Source: an uncultured Lentisphaerota bacterium
GTDB taxonomy: Bacteria; Verrucomicrobiota; Lentisphaeria; Oligosphaerales; CAITYL01
Assembly (NCBI GenBank): GCA_903896595.1
Contig: CAITYL010000398.1
Coordinates: 7,084-71,083, forward strand
Direction: 5' to 3'
Length of the DNA stretch: 64,000 bases
The notes under the pieces were generated by a model. That model did no database searches. It had not been told where the DNA came from and saw nothing but the letters and a program-made list of their open reading frames with translations. Of the stretch, positions 58,869 through 64,000 are shown piece after piece; position 1 is the first letter of the stretch, and every line of letters starts with the position of its first letter. A program made the translations under genes and the position numbers.

Positions 58869-61070
58869 ATGAACAAACGCAGTCTCTATCAGTCCTTCGG
58901 CTACGGCGTGAAGGAACCGTCCATCCAGAATCCCGAACTCGCCATGGAGGGGCTGCGCGAACTGGCGCACCAGGGCTATGACCTGGTCCGCGTCTTTCTG
59001 CGCGGCAGCAACTTCGAGTGGCGTTCGCCGGAATATGTGTCGCTGATCGCGAAGATGACCGCGGAAGCGCACCGGCTCGGGATGAAAATCGCCATCGACT
59101 GCGAACCGCACACCCAGATCGCCGGGCGCGAGATGGGGAAGGAATTCCCCGCTGGCATGGGACGCCGGATGTATCGTGCCGCCACGCAGCTGGCCGCCGG
59201 ACGGTTCGCGATCACGTTTCCAAGCCGGCATGGGGCGCAACCCAATCCCCGGTTGGAGGCGGCCTTTGTCCGGCAGGGCGACACCGTGACCAAGCTCCCG
59301 ACGCTGGCGTTCGGCGTCAATTTCGAAGAGGAGTTTTATGACACCGGGTTCGCCGAGCGGTATGTCGATTACACGCCGGGGCGCGGCCCGATCCAGGCGC
59401 GGCATTACTTTCACCTGCATGGACGGCTTCCATCGCCTGCCGAGGGGGAATTGATCGTCTACGTCAGCTTTGAAGATGAAAAACTGATCGATTTCTGGTC
59501 CGCCGCGACCCGCGAGTTCTACGTGAGCGTGGTGGAGTGCTACAAAGCGATTCCGCTGGACGGGATCAGTTGGGACGAGCCCGCCGCCGAGGTCGGCTGG
59601 GAATGTTACCGCTGGGGCGATGCCAGCGCGGCGGCGTTCGCCCGCGTCAACGGCTACGACCTGCGTGATAAACTCTACCTGCTCGACGAACCGCAGATCA
59701 CGCCGGAAGCGGTGAAGGTGAAGCTCGACTACTACCGCACGCTCAACGAGGGGGTTTTCCAGGCGCAGAAGCACGTCTGCGACATGGCCAGGGCCAAGTG
59801 CGGGACCGGGGCAATTCTCGGCACGCATCACACGTGGGTGGGCGAAGGCGGCATCGGGGATTTTCGCGCGGGGGCCGTCGATTATTTCCGGCTCAACGAA
59901 AACATGGACGCGGGCTACACCGACGGCGTTTGGTGGTTCGATGGCTGCATTGATTATATCTATGCCCTCGGCTCCAGCCTGGGGCGGCTCACGCCCTCAG
60001 GTTGCACGGAGATCAACACCTGGCACTGGAAACCGACCATCGCCGCCACCGAGCACGCCGCCCGGTTGATGGCCCTGATGCGGATCAACTGGTTCAACAT
60101 CTGGATCGGCGACATGTCCGACACCGCGAAGTATCCGGAGCATTACAGCTATGACGTCTGCACGGACGCGATGCGGAAACTCAAAGGCTTCCTCGCGGAA
60201 TTGGAACCGTGCCGCCCAGTCGTGGATGTCGCCATCTGGCACGGTTGGGAAGGGGTCATGGCGACGAACAGCCAGGAGTGGACCTTCGGCCTGAAGAACT
60301 TCCAACTCTTCGGCAGCGAGGCACTGGCCCGCCGGAGCATTGCCTTTGATTTCGTCGACAGCGAGTTGCTGAAAGACGCCCGGATCGAGAACGGCCAACT
60401 CGTCACCCGGCTGGAACGCTACCGAGTGCTCGTCATGCCCTACGCCATGGTGATGCCGGAAAAAGTCTGGGCGACCTGCCTGGCGTTCGCCGCTGCCGGC
60501 GGCAAGGTGATCTTCATCGGCCCGCCACCCGCCCTGACGGTCGAAGGCCGGGAGATCGGTGCGGAGTTCGCTGCCAGCGCCGGGATCCAGCCATTGTCGT
60601 TTGCCACCTTCAAGCAATCCGTCACCAGCCGCTGCCAATTGAGCCTGAATGGCCCGCACCGCTGGGATGTGAACGTGCCGCTCGACCTCACCGACGGCGT
60701 GCTGATCCCGAACCGGGAGCAGGAGCCAAGCGGCGTAAAAAATCAGGCCGGAACGTTCTTCTACCTCAGCGAACTCGTGCCGCGCGGCGAGCTGGCGGAC
60801 ATGCTGGAAACGCTGGTGCCACCCGCCGTGACCTGCCATTCCAAAAGCATTGAATGGCGCCTCTACCGGCAAGCCGATGGCACGCAAAAATTGATGCTCA
60901 TCGCCACGAAATTCCGCCGCATGAGCGGACTGATTCGCTGGGCCGGACACGAAATCGAAATCCAAGACGGGCTACAGGCGATGGCGACCGTTGGTTCCGA
61001 CGGCAAGTTGGCAATTCACGGAGACGAATTGGAATGCGCGTCTCCGACGGTGACGGGTTCGTCCGCCTGA
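58869..61070 (+). CDS. hypothetical glycoside hydrolase-like protein (GH42/GH35-like barrel + flavodoxin-like domain?)
   Basis: 733-aa ORF with protein-like composition. GYDLVRVFL ... KIAIDCEPH at the N-terminus and RVLVMPYAMVMPEKVW ... GGKVIFIGPPP later. Family not recognised. Confidence 0.5.
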   Translation: MNKRSLYQSFGYGVKEPSIQNPELAMEGLRELAHQGYDLVRVFLRGSNFEWRSPEYVSLIAKMTAEAHRLGMKIAIDCEPHTQIAGREMGKEFPAGMGRRMYRAATQLAAGRFAITFPSRHGAQPNPRLEAAFVRQGDTVTKLPTLAFGVNFEEEFYDTGFAERYVDYTPGRGPIQARHYFHLHGRLPSPAEGELIVYVSFEDEKLIDFWSAATREFYVSVVECYKAIPLDGISWDEPAAEVGWECYRWGDASAAAFARVNGYDLRDKLYLLDEPQITPEAVKVKLDYYRTLNEGVFQAQKHVCDMARAKCGTGAILGTHHTWVGEGGIGDFRAGAVDYFRLNENMDAGYTDGVWWFDGCIDYIYALGSSLGRLTPSGCTEINTWHWKPTIAATEHAARLMALMRINWFNIWIGDMSDTAKYPEHYSYDVCTDAMRKLKGFLAELEPCRPVVDVAIWHGWEGVMATNSQEWTFGLKNFQLFGSEALARRSIAFDFVDSELLKDARIENGQLVTRLERYRVLVMPYAMVMPEKVWATCLAFAAAGGKVIFIGPPPALTVEGREIGAEFAASAGIQPLSFATFKQSVTSRCQLSLNGPHRWDVNVPLDLTDGVLIPNREQEPSGVKNQAGTFFYLSELVPRGELADMLETLVPPAVTCHSKSIEWRLYRQADGTQKLMLIATKFRRMSGLIRWAGHEIEIQDGLQAMATVGSDGKLAIHGDELECASPTVTGSSA

Positions 61071-61143
61071 GGCCGGGCGGCTCCCGGTTATGGAAAAACC
61101 ACCTTTAAAGGCTAACCGGAAAATAATAGTGAAAGGAATCGCC

Positions 61144-62400
61144 ATGAATTCACGGGAACGCGTACTTGCCGCTTTGAACCACCAACAGCCGGATACCGTG
61201 CCGATCGATTTCGGAGCCACGGCGGTCACCGGCCTGCACGCCAGTTGCGTCGCCGCCCTGCGCGCGCATTACGGGCTGGAGCGGCGCCCGGTGAAAATTC
61301 ACGAGCCGTATCAGATGCTGGGCTGGCTCGAGGAGGATCTCAAACAGGCCATCGGCGTCGACGTGGAGGGGGTCGTGCCGCCCAACACGCTGTTCGGCTT
61401 CCCCCTGACAGACTGGAAGGAATGGCGCGCGCCCTGGGGCCAGGAGCTGCTGGTGCCCGGGGCCTTCAACACCACCACCGATGCCGGCGGCAACGTCTTC
61501 CTGTATCCCGAGGGCGATGTCACCGCCCGGCCCAGCGGCCTGTTGCCGGCCGACGGCTATTTCTTCGACACCTTGATCCGTCAGGAACCGATTGACGAGG
61601 ACGCGCTCAACCCCGAAAACAATCTCGAGGAGTTCGGCCCGGTCACGCCCGCCGCGCTGGCCTATTTCACCGCCGAAACCAAGCGGGCCGCCGCCACCGG
61701 ACGGGCGGTCATTGCCACCTTTGGCGGTACCGGGCTCGGCGACATCGCCCTGGTGCCGGCGCCGTTCCTCAAGAACCCCAAGGGCATCCGTGACATCGCC
61801 GAGTGGTACATCTCCACGGCGGCCCGCCAGGCCTACGTCCACGCCATTTTTGCGCGGCAGACGGCCATCGCCCTGGGCAACCTCGCCAAGCTCCACGCCG
61901 CCGTGGGCAACAGCGTTGATGCGGTGTTCATCTGCGGCACCGACTTTGGCACCCAGTGCGGCACCTTCTGTTCGCCCGCCACCTTCCGCGAACTGTACCT
62001 GCCCTATTACCGCCAGCTCAACGCCTGGATTCACCAGCACACGACCTGGAAGTCCTTCAAGCATTCCTGCGGCGCGGTCGCCAATTTCATGGACGGCTTT
62101 GTGGAGGCGGGTTTCGACATCATCAATCCCGTGCAGTGTTCTGCCACTGGCATGGAGGCTGCCGGTCTCAAGGCGCGCTTCGGTGCCAAACTGACCTTCT
62201 GGGGCGGCGGCGTGGACACCCAACAAGTACTGCCGTTCGGCACCCCGGCCCAAGTGCGCGAGCAGGTCCAAGAACGTTGCCGCATTTTCGGTGCCGGTGG
62301 CGGCTTTGTCTTTGACGCCATTCACAATGTCCAGGCCAAAACTCCGGTCGCCAACATGGTCGCCATGCTCGACGCGGTGCGTGATTTCAAGGCATCCTAA
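61144..62400 (+). CDS. uroporphyrinogen decarboxylase (URO-D) family protein
   Basis: From ATG 61144: MNSRERVLAALNHQQPDTVPIDFG ... KHSCGAVANFMDGFVEAGFDIINPVQCSATGME ... FWGGGVDTQQVLPFGTPAQVREQV ... GGGFVFDAIHNV. Confidence 0.75.
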   Translation: MNSRERVLAALNHQQPDTVPIDFGATAVTGLHASCVAALRAHYGLERRPVKIHEPYQMLGWLEEDLKQAIGVDVEGVVPPNTLFGFPLTDWKEWRAPWGQELLVPGAFNTTTDAGGNVFLYPEGDVTARPSGLLPADGYFFDTLIRQEPIDEDALNPENNLEEFGPVTPAALAYFTAETKRAAATGRAVIATFGGTGLGDIALVPAPFLKNPKGIRDIAEWYISTAARQAYVHAIFARQTAIALGNLAKLHAAVGNSVDAVFICGTDFGTQCGTFCSPATFRELYLPYYRQLNAWIHQHTTWKSFKHSCGAVANFMDGFVEAGFDIINPVQCSATGMEAAGLKARFGAKLTFWGGGVDTQQVLPFGTPAQVREQVQERCRIFGAGGGFVFDAIHNVQAKTPVANMVAMLDAVRDFKAS

Positions 62401-62422
62401 CGAATCACTAGGAAATCCAGAT

Positions 62423-63811
62423 ATGAATATTGTTTTTATCGGTGGGGGCTCCTTTCGGACGTTGCCCATTATGCGAGCGGTGCTAGCGGACAGTGACGTG
62501 TTGCGCGGTGGCCGGGTTTGGTTGGTAGACTTCAACTTGGAGCGGGCGGAAACGGTTGGGCGCTTGATCATGCGCACGCCGGAATTTGCCGCCAGTGGTT
62601 GCGAACTCCGCTGGACCAATCAAATTGACCAAGCGCTACCGGGGGCCGACGTGGTTAGCGTCAGCTTCCCCGTGGGCTCCTTGGCGGCCTGCCGGCTGAG
62701 CGAGCAGGCCTGCCTCACCCACGGGCTGTTTGGCTCCGACCAGCTCTCGGTCAGCGGCGCGTTCCGCGCCGTGACCGGCGGCACGATCATCTGGGACATC
62801 GCCCAGCGCATGGAAAAGCACTGCCCCCAGGCGTGGCTGGTCGACTTCGCCAATCCGGTGGCGGTCTACAGCGGCATGGTCAACAACCACACCACGATCA
62901 AAGCCTTGGGCGTTTGCGGCGGCTTCACCAATCACCGCTGGGATCTGATGCGCCTGCTCTTCGACAAAGATGAGTTCAGTGACGAATTCAACGTCGTCGC
63001 GGCGGGGATTAATCACCTTAGCTTTATCCTGCGCGGCACGTATCGCGGCGAAGACATCTACAAGCTGCTTGATGCCAAGTTAGCCGACCCGAACTGGGAA
63101 CCGTGCCGCATTCCCCACATGCCCCGAGGCGAACCCAGCATTCGCCATGGCCTCGCCAAGCTCGCCGAGTTGCGCCGCCGCTTCGGCCCGATTATTTTCT
63201 CCACCGAGGGTGACGGCATGACGCACATCTTCTTTGAGGAGATGCGCAACGCGACGTTGAAAACGGCGGAGACTTGGGATCTGCCCCGCATCCGGACTTG
63301 GGAAGCGGAGATCGCAACCGCACGGCGGCAACAGGACAGCGATTTCCGCGCCCACCTCGACCGTGATCTGGACGCGGCGTTTTGGGCCCAAGACAGCCTG
63401 CAAAACCCGTGGTTCGCTCCCAGTCACGACTCAACCGCACTGGTCATCAAGGCGTTGGGTGGCCAACGCCAATGGCTGGCGGCGAGTTTCCCCAATCGCG
63501 GCGCGGTCAAGGGTTTCCCGGAACGCACGGTGCTGGAGTACTCGATGCACCTCGATCAGGATGGAATCCACCCCGATCCCGATCTCGAAGTTCCAGATTG
63601 CTACTACGGGCTGATCAGTGCCCTCGCCACCCACCAGACGTTGCTGGGCGATGCCATTGCGACCCGTGACCCCAAGCTGTTCGCCGCCGCGCTTTTCACC
63701 TATCCAATTCAACAAAACACCCGTGAAACCAAGGCGTTGTGGCGCGAACTCCTTGCCATTCACGCCAGCGAAATGCCCGCCAAATTCCAAAAAGCAAAAG
63801 AGTATTTTTGA
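62423..63811 (+). CDS. GH4 family NAD(+)/Mn(2+)-dependent glycosidase
   Basis: From ATG 62423: MNIVFIGGGSFRTLPIMRAVL (Rossmann N-terminus of GH4), AWLVDFANPVAV, LGVCGG, AAGINHLSF. Confidence 0.8.
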   Translation: MNIVFIGGGSFRTLPIMRAVLADSDVLRGGRVWLVDFNLERAETVGRLIMRTPEFAASGCELRWTNQIDQALPGADVVSVSFPVGSLAACRLSEQACLTHGLFGSDQLSVSGAFRAVTGGTIIWDIAQRMEKHCPQAWLVDFANPVAVYSGMVNNHTTIKALGVCGGFTNHRWDLMRLLFDKDEFSDEFNVVAAGINHLSFILRGTYRGEDIYKLLDAKLADPNWEPCRIPHMPRGEPSIRHGLAKLAELRRRFGPIIFSTEGDGMTHIFFEEMRNATLKTAETWDLPRIRTWEAEIATARRQQDSDFRAHLDRDLDAAFWAQDSLQNPWFAPSHDSTALVIKALGGQRQWLAASFPNRGAVKGFPERTVLEYSMHLDQDGIHPDPDLEVPDCYYGLISALATHQTLLGDAIATRDPKLFAAALFTYPIQQNTRETKALWRELLAIHASEMPAKFQKAKEYF

Positions 63812-63828
63812 TCTAGCAGGAATCCCCC

Positions 63829-64000
63829 ATGACCGCCGCTGATCCCCATGCCATTGAGCACGAAATGGCGCCCGAGCTACAGGCCTTTTACGCCAATCGT
63901 CCTCTGATGTGGCGCAATATCTTGTGGTTCTCCATCCTCAACGTCGGCTGGAGCGTCTGCTTCACCATCATCTATCCGTTGATCACCCTGCGCATGAACT
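63829..64000 (+). CDS. membrane protein, 5' partial (possible sugar transporter)
   Basis: ATG 63829, 17 nt after the GH4 stop. MTAADPHAIEHEMAPELQAFYANRPLMWRNILWFSILNVGWSVCFTIIYPLITLRMN has a hydrophobic helix. Truncated by the window edge. Confidence 0.45.
   Translation, partial: MTAADPHAIEHEMAPELQAFYANRPLMWRNILWFSILNVGWSVCFTIIYPLITLRMN

Noticed and set aside
56231-62619. Minus-strand ORFs 56231..58459, 58851..59831, 59997..60965 and 61150..62619
   Set aside because: All are antisense to plus-strand genes that form a tightly spaced operon with recognisable GDE_C and URO-D motifs. Their composition is shadow-like.

Overview
High-GC bacterial chromosomal segment. It looks PVC-superphylum-like (Verrucomicrobiota/Kiritimatiellota/Lentisphaerota style), judged only from several prepilin-type H-X9-DG (DUF1559-like) proteins and PEP-CTERM proteins. 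Most long ORFs in the track are antisense shadow ORFs rich in R/G/A/P. I kept the frame whose product carries recognisable motifs. Content is in three parts. (1) Two long same-strand glycan-degradation blocks: minus strand 25683 down to 10159, and plus strand 44640 to beyond 64000. Each is headed by one H-X9-DG pseudopilin-like gene and one PEP-CTERM gene, with a LacI-family regulator at or near the head. Downstream genes are glycoside hydrolases (GH2 giant, GH78-like, two clan GH-D/GH36, CBM9+DUF4091, DUF4838-like, six-hairpin, GH4). The second block also carries three URO-D-family paralogs. (2) A housekeeping stretch: hypA, mtnA, trmL, argH, tatD-like, a SWIM-SNF2 helicase with a duplicated stand-alone SWIM gene, class I DAHP synthase, a CDC123-like ATP-grasp gene and tRNA-Leu(UAA). 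(3) Small accessory items: a HepT/MntA toxin-antitoxin pair, an overlapping two-gene cassette at the left edge, an AAA-ATPase with a PD-(D/E)XK-like tail, and decayed gene fragments after the tRNA. The intergenic DNA is unusually structured. It contains a ~200-bp palindromic MITE-like element (two full copies plus one collapsed copy) with a compensatory base-pair swap and an inverted central loop. It also contains a family of hairpins whose arms are three tandem 8-9-nt units, and an 8-nt (GAGGGGTT)n tract upstream of the DAHP synthase gene. All functional calls rest on motif recall, not database searches. No CRISPR array, rRNA, transposase or integrase was seen.
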